From Bradyrhizobium sp. (lineage in GTDB: Bacteria > Pseudomonadota > Alphaproteobacteria > Rhizobiales > Xanthobacteraceae), in contig NZ_JBEKXH010000001.1 in assembly GCF_049512235.1 (NCBI RefSeq), positions 1 through 55,422 of the forward strand: 55,422 nucleotides of DNA, written 5' to 3'. Of the stretch, positions 1-9,972 are shown piece after piece. The position numbers and the translations under genes are program-made. Each line of letters starts with the position of its first letter. The stretch's first letter is position 1. Under the pieces are notes generated by a model. The model did no database searches, was not told the DNA's origin, and saw only the letters and a program-made list of their open reading frames with translations.

Positions 1-914
1 TGGCCGATCGTCGATGCGCCGGCCTGGCGCATTTCAAGCAGTCCGGCGGCACCGTCCTTGCCCATCCCGGTCAGAATAATTCCGACTGAATTGCTCCCCG
101 CCGCACGGGCGACCGATCGAAACAACACGTCGACCGAGGGACGATGGCCGGATACCGCGGCCTGCTGGTTCAAGCGGCAGATATAATTGGCGCCGGAGCG
201 CGCCAGTTCGAGATGCTGTCCGCCCGGCGCGACGTAGACGTGCCCTGGCAGCACCCGCTCGCCGTCCTTGGCCTGTGTCACCGTCACGGCGCAGCGCTGG
301 TCGAGCCGGCCTGCGAAGGCCGCCGTGAACGCTTCAGGCATGTGCTGGGTGACGAGGATGGCCGGAGCATCCGCCGGGAATGCGCCGAGCAGGGTATGAA
401 GTGCTTCGACGCCTCCGGTCGACGCCCCCACCGCAATCAGTTTCTCCGATGAGCTGTAGCCGGCGCCGGAGGGCGCCACAACCCTGGGCCGGTCCTGCGG
501 CAACGGCCGGACATGGGCCTTGGCCGCCGCCTTGACCTTGGTGATGATCTCGGCGCGCAGCAGGGCGAAGCCCTCGCTCAGACCAATGGTCGGCTTCGCG
601 ACGTAATCCACGGCTCCCATTTCCAGCGCGCGCAACGTGACCTCGGCGCCCTTCTGCGTCAGCGATGAGATCATCACCACCGGCATCGGCCGCAACGTCA
701 TGATCTTTTCGAGAAACACGAGGCCGTCCATGCGCGGCATCTCGATGTCAAGCGTGATGACGTCGGGATTGAGGGACTTGATCATGTCCCGGGCGACGAT
801 CGGATCCGGCGCAGCCCCCACGACTGTAATCGTGGGATCCGATCCCAGTATCTGGGTCAGCATTTGCCTGACCAGGGCCGAGTCGTCGACAATGAGAACG
901 CGGGTGTGTGGCAC
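1..914 (-). CDS. cheB: Chemotaxis response regulator protein-glutamate methylesterase (3' end runs off the window)
   Basis: Manual translation from GTG at 914: [19 protein letters not shown]...[14 protein letters not shown]...[10 protein letters not shown]...QHMP...HRPSVDVLF...[10 protein letters not shown]. This gives a receiver plus methylesterase domain. Absent from the ORF track because there is no stop in the window. Confidence 0.95.
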   Translation of the reverse strand, partial: MPHTRVLIVDDSALVRQMLTQILGSDPTITVVGAAPDPIVARDMIKSLNPDVITLDIEMPRMDGLVFLEKIMTLRPMPVVMISSLTQKGAEVTLRALEMGAVDYVAKPTIGLSEGFALLRAEIITKVKAAAKAHVRPLPQDRPRVVAPSGAGYSSSEKLIAVGASTGGVEALHTLLGAFPADAPAILVTQHMPEAFTAAFAGRLDQRCAVTVTQAKDGERVLPGHVYVAPGGQHLELARSGANYICRLNQQAAVSGHRPSVDVLFRSVARAAGSNSVGIILTGMGKDGAAGLLEMRQAGASTIG

Positions 915-923
915 GGTGGGACC

Positions 924-1574
924 TCAAAAAAGCTCGGCCGAGCCGGCTACGGGTTCGGTTTCAAGCTTGGCCTTGTAGAGCGTTTCGGACTGAAGCGCGG
1001 CGATCTCTTCGAGAGGCTGCAGTTCCAGCATCATGATCTTGCCGGTCGCCGGGAAGTAATGGACCCGGCGGGCCAGATTGCCGCGCAGATGCGCGGCGGC
1101 GATCGGAAGACCTTCGGCCGCGAGGTAGGCTTCAACGAAATCGGCGTTGAGATGGCCGATATTGCTGCTTGCCTTCATCACATTGCCGCCGCCGAACACC
1201 TTGATCTCGAGACGCTCGCGCCTGCCGCCGCGGACCAGGATGTCGTTGATCAGGCGTTCCATGGCGACGTTGCCGTAGCGCATGCCGGCGGACACGGTGT
1301 TCCATCCGGAATTTGCCGAATTGCCGGCTTCCGGCAACATGAAGTGGTTCATGCCCCCGACCCCGGCATAGGCGTCGCGGATACATGCCGACACACACGA
1401 ACCGAGAATGGTCACCAGCATTTCGCGGCCGTCCTGCGTGACGTGATGCTCCCCCGGAAATACCTTGACCGCGATCTCGCTGAAATCCGGATCGGTGTAA
1501 CGGAAGGTGCTGGCGCCGAGATCGGCGGCGGGGCCAAACCTGGCGTCGCGAACACGCCTGCGGAGCTGGCTCAT
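924..1574 (-). CDS. cheD: Chemoreceptor glutamine deamidase CheD
   Basis: Motifs TILGSCVSAC, GGMNHFMLP, RYGNVAMERLIN, KVFGGG. ATG at 1574 overlaps the cheR stop (ATGA). Confidence 0.93.
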   Translation of the reverse strand: MSQLRRRVRDARFGPAADLGASTFRYTDPDFSEIAVKVFPGEHHVTQDGREMLVTILGSCVSACIRDAYAGVGGMNHFMLPEAGNSANSGWNTVSAGMRYGNVAMERLINDILVRGGRRERLEIKVFGGGNVMKASSNIGHLNADFVEAYLAAEGLPIAAAHLRGNLARRVHYFPATGKIMMLELQPLEEIAALQSETLYKAKLETEPVAGSAELF

Positions 1575-2395
1575 TTGACCCTGCTGTAGACGGTGTGATC
1601 GACCAGCTTGAACCGGTCGGTGATGTTTTGCAGGTTTTCGGAATGCCCGACCACCAGCCACCCCTCAGGCTTCAGCAGGTCGGCGTATCGGTCAAACAGC
1701 CGTGATTGGGTGGGCTTGTCGAAATAGATCACCACGTTGCGGCAGAAAATCACGTCGAACGGTCCCTTCATGGGCCAGGCTTCGAGCAGATTGAGCGGTG
1801 CGAACGAGATCAGCGATCGCAAGGCGTCGGCCATCGCGATGCGGCCGTCCGGCCCAATCGTGACGTCGCGCTTCTGGTATTTCGGCGGAATCGACTGCAG
1901 CCGCTCGGCATCGTAGAGGCCCGCCGCGGCGTGGTTGACCACGTTAGTATCGAGGTCGGTGGCCAGTATCTTGCGGTCCCATTGGGCCAGCGGCGCGTAA
2001 TCCAGCAACGTCATCGCCAGCGTATAGGGCTCTTCCCCGGTCGAGCAGCCGGCCGACCAGATTCGCAGCCGGCCGGGGCCTCTGACCTGACGCTCCACCA
2101 GCGTCGGGAACACGGTGCGGCTCAAAAATTCGAAGTGATGCGGCTCGCGAAAAAAATTGGTGTGATTGGTGGTGACGGCGTTCACCAGCATCTGCTGCTC
2201 GGCGGCGCCGGCCGTACTGGACAGCATCGCGGTATATTCTTCGAACCCGGCCATGCCCAACGCCCGCAGGCGGCGCGACAGCCGGCCTTGCAGGAACGCG
2301 CGCTTTTTGTCGCTGATGACGATGCCGGTCGTACTCATCACCAGCGCGGATATCTTGCGAAAGTCTCCTTCCTGAAGAATGTACTCTTGTGGCAC
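1571..2395 (-). CDS. cheR: Chemotaxis protein methyltransferase CheR
   Basis: Motifs TTNHTNFFREPHHF, RIWSAGCSTGEEPY, FDVIFCRNVVIYF, GHSE. Confidence 0.96.
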   Translation of the reverse strand: MPQEYILQEGDFRKISALVMSTTGIVISDKKRAFLQGRLSRRLRALGMAGFEEYTAMLSSTAGAAEQQMLVNAVTTNHTNFFREPHHFEFLSRTVFPTLVERQVRGPGRLRIWSAGCSTGEEPYTLAMTLLDYAPLAQWDRKILATDLDTNVVNHAAAGLYDAERLQSIPPKYQKRDVTIGPDGRIAMADALRSLISFAPLNLLEAWPMKGPFDVIFCRNVVIYFDKPTQSRLFDRYADLLKPEGWLVVGHSENLQNITDRFKLVDHTVYSRVK

Positions 2396-2463
2396 CGGCG
2401 GCCCTCACTGTGAGAAGAGTTGGGCGCACCGGCCTGCCAGGCCGGCGCGACGTTGTTGTTGTT

Positions 2464-4854
2464 TCAGAACTGCTTCCAGTCGACGTTGCCGGCTCCAGCC
2501 GCCGCACGACGGGCGGCCACCGGCTCGGCGGCCTCCTTCGGCGGTCTTGCAGCCGTACGGGGGGCTGCCGGCTGCGGTTCCGGGCGAGCCGCGGCTGACG
2601 GCTTGGCCGAGCGCAGTGTGCGGTCGACCACCGGATTGCCCGTCGACTTGATCCCCCTGGCCGGCGCCGGCGCGGCAAATTCGTCGGAGACGACGAATTG
2701 CGCGACCATCGCGGCCATCGAGGCGGTCTGCTCCTCCATCGATTTGGCCGCGGCGGCGGCTTCTTCCACCAGCGCCGCATTCTGCTGGGTCACCTTGTCC
2801 ATCTGGGTCACGGCGTTGTTGACCTGCTCGATGCCGGCGCGCTGCTCCTGCGAGGCCGCCGAGATTTCCGCCATGATGTCGGTGACGCGTTTGACCGACT
2901 GGACGATCTCCTCCATGGTCTTGCCGGCGGTGTCGACCAGCCGCGAGCCGGATTCGACCTTGGAGACGGAGTCCGAAATCAACCCCTTGATCTCCTTGGC
3001 CGCATTGGCGCTGCGCTGGGCGAGGTTGCGAACTTCGGCCGCCACCACGGCGAAGCCGCGTCCCTGATCGCCGGCCCGCGCCGCTTCCACCGCGGCGTTG
3101 AGGGCGAGGATGTTGGTCTGGAACGCGATTTCGTCGATCACGCCGATGATGTCGGCGATCTTGCGGCTGGCCTGGGTAATGCCCTGCATGGTCCCGACCA
3201 CTTCGGATACGACTTCGCCACCCTTGATCGCGACGTCGGAAGCCGACGAGGCCAGCTTGTTGGCCTGCTGGGCATTCTCGGCGTTCTGGCGAACCGTTTG
3301 GGTCAGTTCCTCCATGCTGGCGGCGGTCTCTTCGAGACTGGCGGCCTGCTCCTCGGTGCGCTGCGACAGATCGAAGTTGCCGGTCGCGATCTCGCGGGCC
3401 GCATTGGTCAGCGTCTGCGAGGTGTCGGCGATTTCGCTCACCATCGTCGACATGGTGTCGAGCAGGCCGTTGACGCCACCGCACAGCTGGGCGATATCGC
3501 CGCTTTTGTCCTCGAGCGGCACGCGGTGGCTGAGGTCGTTCTCCTTTGCCGCGTTGACGACGTCCTGGGTCTGCCGCACCGCGTCCTGCAGGGCTTCCGA
3601 CGCCCGCACCTGCGCGGTGATATCGGTGGCGTATTTCACCACCTTGAACGGCTTGCCGTCGGGGCCCATGATCGGGTTGTAGCTGGCCTGGATCCAGACT
3701 TCCTTGCCGCCCTTGCCGATCCGCTTGTACTGTCCGGCATCGTATTCGCCGCGGCCGAGCTTGTCCCAGAACATCCGGTAGTCCGAACTCTGGCGATAGG
3801 CCGGCTCGACAAAGATCTGATGATGCTGGCCGACGATTTCGCCGGCTAGATAGCCGAGCGTGTTGCAGAAGTTATCGTTGGCGCGCAGAACCTTGCCGTC
3901 GAGACTGAACTCGATCACCGCCTGGGCCTTGTTGATGGCATCGATCTGGCCGCTGAAATCCGCGTTCTTCATGACCTGCGCGGTGATGTCGGTGGCGTAC
4001 TTGACGACCTTGAAGGCTTTTCCGCCCTGATCGAGGATGGGATTGTAACTTCCCTGGATCCAGATTTCCCTGCCACCCTTGGCAATTCGCTTGTACTCGC
4101 CGGAGTCGTATTCGCCGCGGCCGAGCTTGTCCCAGAACGCCCGATACTCGGCGCTGCTCCGATAGTTCGCCTCGACGAAGATCGAATGGTGCTTGCCTTT
4201 GATCTCGTCGATCGTGTAACCGACCGCTGCCAGAAAGTTGGCGTTGGCGTTGACGATCGTGCCGTCCAGCATGAACTCGATCATCGCCTGCGTGCGGTCG
4301 ATCGCCGCAAGCTGCGAGGATTGCGTGCGAATCGTAGTGACATCGGCCCATTCCAGCACGAAGCCTTCAGGCTGACCGGCGGCGTTCAGCGTCGCATTGA
4401 CGTTCAGCGAAATCTTCAGTGGCCCGACGGGAATATCGGTGTTGAACGGCATATTGGCCGGATTGGCCAGCAGCCGGCGCTGATGCGCCGGATTCCTGTG
4501 AAAGGTGTCGATGCAGGTGCCGATCATGGCGTTGGGATCGAAGTTCGGCCAGATCTTGCGGAATTCGTCGAGATGCTGCCGGAACAGCGCCTTCGAGCTG
4601 TCGTTGAGATAGGTGATCTTCAGATCGGCATCGACCAGCATCACCGCGCTCGAGACGCCATCAACGACGCCGCGCAGCTTGCGGCTGAGGTCCGCCAGCC
4701 GCGGATCGACCGCATGCCTGACGGCAGGGCGGCTAACCGCTTTCATCGCTGCCGGCTTCTTCTTGGCGGATTTCTTCGAACGCGCCGCGATGACGGCTTC
4801 GGCGCTGGCAGGGTCGAATTCGTGCATCATCTCGTCATTGTTGTCTTGGCTCAT
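2464..4854 (-). CDS. Soluble methyl-accepting chemotaxis protein with three PAS domains (Aer2-like) and a C-terminal pentapeptide
   Basis: No transmembrane segment. PAS1 [14 protein letters not shown]...EW is followed by two tandem PAS repeats, the signalling tip [30 protein letters not shown], and a DWKQF terminus. Confidence 0.95.
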   Translation of the reverse strand: MSQDNNDEMMHEFDPASAEAVIAARSKKSAKKKPAAMKAVSRPAVRHAVDPRLADLSRKLRGVVDGVSSAVMLVDADLKITYLNDSSKALFRQHLDEFRKIWPNFDPNAMIGTCIDTFHRNPAHQRRLLANPANMPFNTDIPVGPLKISLNVNATLNAAGQPEGFVLEWADVTTIRTQSSQLAAIDRTQAMIEFMLDGTIVNANANFLAAVGYTIDEIKGKHHSIFVEANYRSSAEYRAFWDKLGRGEYDSGEYKRIAKGGREIWIQGSYNPILDQGGKAFKVVKYATDITAQVMKNADFSGQIDAINKAQAVIEFSLDGKVLRANDNFCNTLGYLAGEIVGQHHQIFVEPAYRQSSDYRMFWDKLGRGEYDAGQYKRIGKGGKEVWIQASYNPIMGPDGKPFKVVKYATDITAQVRASEALQDAVRQTQDVVNAAKENDLSHRVPLEDKSGDIAQLCGGVNGLLDTMSTMVSEIADTSQTLTNAAREIATGNFDLSQRTEEQAASLEETAASMEELTQTVRQNAENAQQANKLASSASDVAIKGGEVVSEVVGTMQGITQASRKIADIIGVIDEIAFQTNILALNAAVEAARAGDQGRGFAVVAAEVRNLAQRSANAAKEIKGLISDSVSKVESGSRLVDTAGKTMEEIVQSVKRVTDIMAEISAASQEQRAGIEQVNNAVTQMDKVTQQNAALVEEAAAAAKSMEEQTASMAAMVAQFVVSDEFAAPAPARGIKSTGNPVVDRTLRSAKPSAAARPEPQPAAPRTAARPPKEAAEPVAARRAAAGAGNVDWKQF

Positions 4855-4907
4855 GGTCGCCTCCTGAAGGGCCGTTGATAATCATTCCGATGGATGGATG
4901 AACTCGA

Positions 4908-5459
4908 TTACGCCGCGATGGTCGCAGCGGCCTGGTCCGGGACGCTGCGGGTTGCCGGCTCACGGGCCGGATTGTCGAACAGCCCCGCCAGCGACACCAA
5001 CGTCACCATGCGGTCTTCCATGGCGACGAGGCCGTCGATGAACTGGTCCTGGGCGGGCAGGCCCATCTCGGGCACGGCACGGATCGCCTTCGGATCGACC
5101 GAGATGATGTCGGATACCGTGTCGACCAACAGTCCGATGGTTCGGGCGCCGCTAGCCACGATGATGACGACATGCATCGCGGTCGTGACCGTCAGGCCCA
5201 TGTTGAAACGTGCGCGCAGGTCGAAGATCGGGACAATCACCCCACGCAGGTTGATGACGCCGCGCACATGCGCGGGGGCGTTCGGGATCATCGTGGTGTC
5301 GGTCCAGCCCTTGATCTCGCGCACCACCATGATGTCGATGCCGTATTCCTCGGCGCCGAGCGTAAAGGTGATGAACTGCTGGGTGTTCTCGCCGACCGCT
5401 GAGCGATCCAGACTGTCGTAGCCAAGGGAACTGGCTTTGGCGCGATGTTCAGGCTGCAT
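4908..5459 (-). CDS. cheW: Chemotaxis coupling protein CheW
   Basis: QFITFTLGAEEYGIDIMVVREIKG...GVINLRGVIVPIFDLR. Start placed at ATG 5459, overlapping the cheA stop; the ORF extends to 5474. Confidence 0.94.
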   Translation of the reverse strand: MQPEHRAKASSLGYDSLDRSAVGENTQQFITFTLGAEEYGIDIMVVREIKGWTDTTMIPNAPAHVRGVINLRGVIVPIFDLRARFNMGLTVTTAMHVVIIVASGARTIGLLVDTVSDIISVDPKAIRAVPEMGLPAQDQFIDGLVAMEDRMVTLVSLAGLFDNPAREPATRSVPDQAAATIAA

Positions 5460-7524
5460 AGGTGATGTCCTCACGCGAGATGGTTGAAACGACGTCAGCC
5501 ACGTCGCCCGTCCCGGCGAGCGGCTGTGAACCGGGATGGTCGGCGGCGATACGCAGCCGCTCGATATCGAGAATCAGCGCCACCCGGCCGTTGCCGAGAA
5601 TGGTGGCGCCGCTGACGCCGTCGACGGAGCCATAATTCGATTCCAGGCTCTTCACGACGACCTGCTGCTGGCCCAAGAGATCATCGACCATGACGCCGAT
5701 GCGGCCGGCATTCTCGCTTTCCACAATGATGACGATGCCCCGGCACGGATCCTTGATGGCGCCTGATATCGAAAAGCACCGGTACAGCGGTATCAACGGC
5801 ACGTATTCCCCGCGCAGCGCCAGAACGTCGCCGCGTCCGACCACGGGATGGATGTCGGAGGCTTTGGGCCGCAGGCTCTCAATGATGGCGGTCAGCGGAA
5901 TGATGAAGGTCTCCCCGGCCACGGAAACCACCATGCCATCCAGTACCGCGAGCGTCAGCGGCAGCGACAGCGTGAAGCGCGAGCCTTCGCCGTAGCGCGA
6001 CTGCACCTGGATGCGACCTCCGAGCGACTGCACGTTCCGCCTCACCACGTCCATGCCGACGCCGCGGCCTGAAATGTTGGAGACCACCTCGGCCGTGGAA
6101 AATGCCGGCAGAAAGATCAAGTTGTCGATCTCCTCTTCGCTCAAGGAGGCGCCGGCGGCAACCAGGCCGCGGTCCTGGGCCTTGGCGAGGATCTTTTCCC
6201 GATTGATGCCGCGGCCATCGTCGGCGATCTCGATAATGATGCGGCCAGAACGCTGCGCGGCGGAAAGCCGGATGGTGCCCTGTCGCGGTTTGCCGGCGGC
6301 CATGCGGGTTGCGGGATCCTCGATGCCGTGGTCCAGCGCATTGCGGATCATGTGCGTGAGCGGATCGTTCAACTGCTCGATCACGGTCTTGTCGATTTCG
6401 GTGGCTTCGCCCGAGGTGACGATGCGCACCTCTTTGCCGAGCGTCGCGGCCAGATCGCGCACCACCCGGGGCATCCGCGCGAAAACCGATTTGACCGGCT
6501 GGGCCCGGATCGCCATGACGCTTTCCTGCAGCTCGCGCGCGCTTTGCGCCAGCGCCTCGATGCCCTGAATCAGCGTCGTATATTGATCCGGTGGCAGCAG
6601 CGTGCTCTGTTCGGTCAACATCGCCTGGGTGATCACGAGTTCACCCACAAGGTTGACAAGGCGATCGACCTTGTCGACATCGACCCGGATCGATTGCGAG
6701 GGAGCCGCCGCGGCGGCTTCGGCGGTCTTCGTCACCGTCTCCACCTTGCCGGCCCCGGCAATCGCCGGTTGGGATTCGATCTGCGGCGCCGGCTGTTCGG
6801 CCCGAATGGCGAGTTCGCAGTCGTCCTCCACGAACTCGAATACTTCCTGCACGACGCTTTTGGGAACACCGCTGTCGAGCGTGAAGCGCCAGCCCAGATA
6901 GGCCGCTTCCGGATCGATCGCTTCGAGCGCCGGCAGGCGCGAGCTATCGACCTCGACCCGCAGCCCGCCGAGCCGGCGCAACTGCCGGATCAGCAACAGC
7001 GGTTCGTTGGCCTTTTTCAAGAGTTCGGTATGCGGCGTGAATACGATATCGTAGCGATGCTCGCCCGGCACATCGCTTGCAACGGCCGCGGTTGCGCCAT
7101 CCGACGGCGCGGTATCGCTTGCGCCGCCGAGCGCTTCCTCCATCATGGCCGAGATATCAGCGCCAAAGCCGGCCGGAAGCGCTTGCCCGTCCCGCGCCGC
7201 GTTCACGATATCGGTCAAGGCATCGCTGGCGCGGAGCAACAGCGCGACCACGTCGGCGGTCGCGGCAACCTTGCGCTCCCTGATGGCATCGAGCAGGCTC
7301 TCGAACACATGCGAAAACGCAACCAGCGAAGCGAACCCGAAGGCGCCGGCGCCGCCCTTGATGGAGTGAACCGACCTGAATATCGCGTGCAGGGTCTCCT
7401 CTTCCGCGCCGCCATTGGACAGCCGGTCGAGGTTGGATTGCAACGCGTCGAGCAATTCCGCGCATTCCTCGAAATAGGTTTTTCGGAATTGGGCGAGCGC
7501 GTCCTGTTCCACGGTCAAGGACAT
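5449..7524 (-). CDS. cheA: Chemotaxis histidine kinase CheA
   Basis: Hpt motif IFRSVHSIKGGAG, dimerisation motif SIRVDVDKVDRLVNLVGELVI, HMIRNALDHGIE, SGRGVGMDVV, C-terminal CheW-like domain. Confidence 0.97.
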   Translation of the reverse strand: MSLTVEQDALAQFRKTYFEECAELLDALQSNLDRLSNGGAEEETLHAIFRSVHSIKGGAGAFGFASLVAFSHVFESLLDAIRERKVAATADVVALLLRASDALTDIVNAARDGQALPAGFGADISAMMEEALGGASDTAPSDGATAAVASDVPGEHRYDIVFTPHTELLKKANEPLLLIRQLRRLGGLRVEVDSSRLPALEAIDPEAAYLGWRFTLDSGVPKSVVQEVFEFVEDDCELAIRAEQPAPQIESQPAIAGAGKVETVTKTAEAAAAAPSQSIRVDVDKVDRLVNLVGELVITQAMLTEQSTLLPPDQYTTLIQGIEALAQSARELQESVMAIRAQPVKSVFARMPRVVRDLAATLGKEVRIVTSGEATEIDKTVIEQLNDPLTHMIRNALDHGIEDPATRMAAGKPRQGTIRLSAAQRSGRIIIEIADDGRGINREKILAKAQDRGLVAAGASLSEEEIDNLIFLPAFSTAEVVSNISGRGVGMDVVRRNVQSLGGRIQVQSRYGEGSRFTLSLPLTLAVLDGMVVSVAGETFIIPLTAIIESLRPKASDIHPVVGRGDVLALRGEYVPLIPLYRCFSISGAIKDPCRGIVIIVESENAGRIGVMVDDLLGQQQVVVKSLESNYGSVDGVSGATILGNGRVALILDIERLRIAADHPGSQPLAGTGDVADVVSTISREDITYAA

Positions 7525-7883
7525 ACGCGATGGACCAGGTCGACGAGCTTGTCAGGGCTGAACGGCTTCACCAGCCAGCCGGTGGCGCCCGCCGACTTGC
7601 CGGCCGCCTTTTTGGCGTCGTCGCTTTCGGTGGTGAGAATCAATATCGGAACGCCGCGGTGGTCCGACGCGCTGCGGACGTTCTTGATCAGCGTGATGCC
7701 GTCCATGATCGGCATGTTGATGTCGGTGATGATCAGGTCGAACCTGGTTCCGCGCATCACGTCGAGCGCGTTTTGGCCGTCGCTGGCTTCCATCACTTCG
7801 AAGCCGGCCTTGCGCAGCGTGAACGTAACCATGTCTCGCATGGTCTTGGAGTCATCCACGGCGAGGATCTTTCTTGGCGCCAT
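7515..7883 (-). CDS. cheY: Chemotaxis response regulator CheY
   Basis: Single receiver domain: ILAVDDS, ITDINMP, LTTES, GATGWLVKPF. Lies directly upstream of cheA. Confidence 0.93.
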   Translation of the reverse strand: MAPRKILAVDDSKTMRDMVTFTLRKAGFEVMEASDGQNALDVMRGTRFDLIITDINMPIMDGITLIKNVRSASDHRGVPILILTTESDDAKKAAGKSAGATGWLVKPFSPDKLVDLVHRVCP

Positions 7884-8210
7884 CTAAACCATCCACTTGC
7901 TGAAGTCGGGTTGTAAGCCGAAGTCGTCTATGGCGCGGCGGAACGCGTCGCTTGCATGCCTGATGACCAAAGAACAATTTGTCGCGTCGCGCTTGCGGCC
8001 GGCCGCCAGAAGGATCTGTACGCAGGGCGTGGCGGCGTAGTCGACGTCAGATCCATCGAGGGTCAGTATCGGATCGCCGCTGCGCGTCAGAATGCCGGTC
8101 AAGAGATCGTTGGCAAAGGCGAGATCGAGCCTGCTGGGCAGCGCGATGACGGCGGTTGCCGCGGCCTCCCGCTCGCCATCGCCACGGTTTTGGAACGCAG
8201 TCTTTTCCAC
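7884..8210 (-). CDS. STAS-domain chemotaxis accessory protein (CheS/CheX-like)
   Basis: LPSRLDLAFA...LTLDGSDV...CVQILLAA...FRRAIDDFGL is a STAS_2-like pattern. First gene of the che operon, abutting cheY. Confidence 0.75.
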   Translation of the reverse strand: MEKTAFQNRGDGEREAAATAVIALPSRLDLAFANDLLTGILTRSGDPILTLDGSDVDYAATPCVQILLAAGRKRDATNCSLVIRHASDAFRRAIDDFGLQPDFSKWMV

Positions 8211-8682
8211 AAGAGAATCCTGACGTTGTCATGGACCGAGCCGGCCGCATGCAATTTCGAAAAAGCCACGTAGCTTCGAAAATCTCGAACCGTGATGAGC
8301 GAGTTCAGCTGGATAAATACTCCGGCCGATGTTATGAGCAGTTAAGCTTGCGATCGGTAGTACTACGGCAACCCAATGCATGTGATGCGGCGGACGGCGC
8401 GGCGACGAGAGCCGCGGGAAAGGCTGAGCTATCAATCGAGCGCGCGATCGATCCTGCGTTTGCGCAGAACAAGCATTGAGCCGGTAATTTTACGGGCCCG
8501 GATCTTAACCGGGACCCTTGTTGGTCAAAGATCGTAGCAATGCAATTCTTTCCGATTGTTAACGCGACAAGCCCTGCTGGAACCGATCAAATATGGCTGC
8601 CGAGCGGATGCTCAGAGGTCGCCAACCGCCAAGTTGTGATACATTGTTGAACTGCCGATAACCTGATCGATGGCTCTGGCTG

Positions 8683-9972
8683 ATGGACCAACCCGTAAAA
8701 CCCTTCGTTGATTTTCCTCCGATTGGGCCTTCGCCGGCCACCCCGCGGGGGCCGCGCCGGCGTGTCGGGCGCATGCTGTTGCTCTCCGTACTTGCGATAC
8801 TGATTGTCGCCGGCGTCGTCTGGTGGAGCCGGCAGCAGACCGCGCCACAGCCAGGCGGTGCGGGCCGAAATGCCGCGCCAATGTCGATCGTGCCCGAGAC
8901 GGTCGCCAAGGGCGATATCGGCATCAACCTCAATGCGCTGGGCACGGTGACCTCGCTTGCCACGGTCACGGTCAGGACCCAGATCAGCGGCTATCTGATC
9001 AAGATCGATTTCACGGAAGGGCAGGAAGTCAAGAAGGGCGACCTGCTCGCGGAAATCGATTCGCGGCCCTACGAGGCAACCCTCGCGCAAGCCAAAGGCC
9101 AGTTGGCGCGCGACGAAGCGATGCTGAAAGGCGCCCAGGTCGATCTCACGCGCTATCAGGGCCTGGCGGCGCAGAATGCCGTGCCGCATCAGACACTGGA
9201 CACCCAGGTCGCGCTGGTTGGACAGGACCAGGGCACGGTCGAAGCCGACCGCGGAACGGTCAAGTCGGCCGAGGTCAACCTGCAATATTGCCGTATCCTG
9301 TCGCCGCTGGACGGCCGCGTCGGGCTGCGCCAGGTCGATCAGGGCAACTATGTGACTCCAGGCGACACCAACGGCCTCGTCGTCATCACGCAGTTGCAGC
9401 CGATCAGCGTGCTGTTCACGGTGCCGGAGGATAATTTGCAGGCGATTTCGAAGCGGCTGCAGCAAGGCGCCATGCTGCCCGCGACCGCCTATGATCGCAG
9501 CGGCGCCAACAAGCTCGCCGACGGGACCCTCTCGACCTTCGACAGCCAGATCGATCCGACCACCGGAACCATCAAGCTGCGGGGGCTGTTCCCGAACGAA
9601 TCGCGGACGCTCTATCCCAATCAGTTCGTGAATATCCGGTTGCTGATCGACACCCACAAGGACGTGACGACGATGTCGACCGCGGGAATCCAGCGCGGCG
9701 TCCCCGGCACCTTTGTCTATCTGATCAATGCCGACAACACCGTATCGGTTCGCCCGGTGCAGCTCGGCGCGACCGACGGCGATCGGGCGGAGGTTCGCTC
9801 CGGGCTGGCGCCAGGCGATCGCATCGTCATCGATGGCGCCGACAAGCTGCGCGAAGGTGCGAAGGTCAACATCCGGACGGAGAATGACGCCGCCGCGCCG
9901 CCGCCGTCGGCGCCGGGCCCGGATAAATCGGGCGGCAAGAAGCGACGTTCGGACGACGGGCAAAAACAGTGA
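8683..9972 (+). CDS. mdtA: RND efflux periplasmic adaptor (MFP), MdtA/MuxA family
   Basis: N-terminal TM helix; [52 protein letters not shown]. Confidence 0.92.
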   Translation: MDQPVKPFVDFPPIGPSPATPRGPRRRVGRMLLLSVLAILIVAGVVWWSRQQTAPQPGGAGRNAAPMSIVPETVAKGDIGINLNALGTVTSLATVTVRTQISGYLIKIDFTEGQEVKKGDLLAEIDSRPYEATLAQAKGQLARDEAMLKGAQVDLTRYQGLAAQNAVPHQTLDTQVALVGQDQGTVEADRGTVKSAEVNLQYCRILSPLDGRVGLRQVDQGNYVTPGDTNGLVVITQLQPISVLFTVPEDNLQAISKRLQQGAMLPATAYDRSGANKLADGTLSTFDSQIDPTTGTIKLRGLFPNESRTLYPNQFVNIRLLIDTHKDVTTMSTAGIQRGVPGTFVYLINADNTVSVRPVQLGATDGDRAEVRSGLAPGDRIVIDGADKLREGAKVNIRTENDAAAPPPSAPGPDKSGGKKRRSDDGQKQ

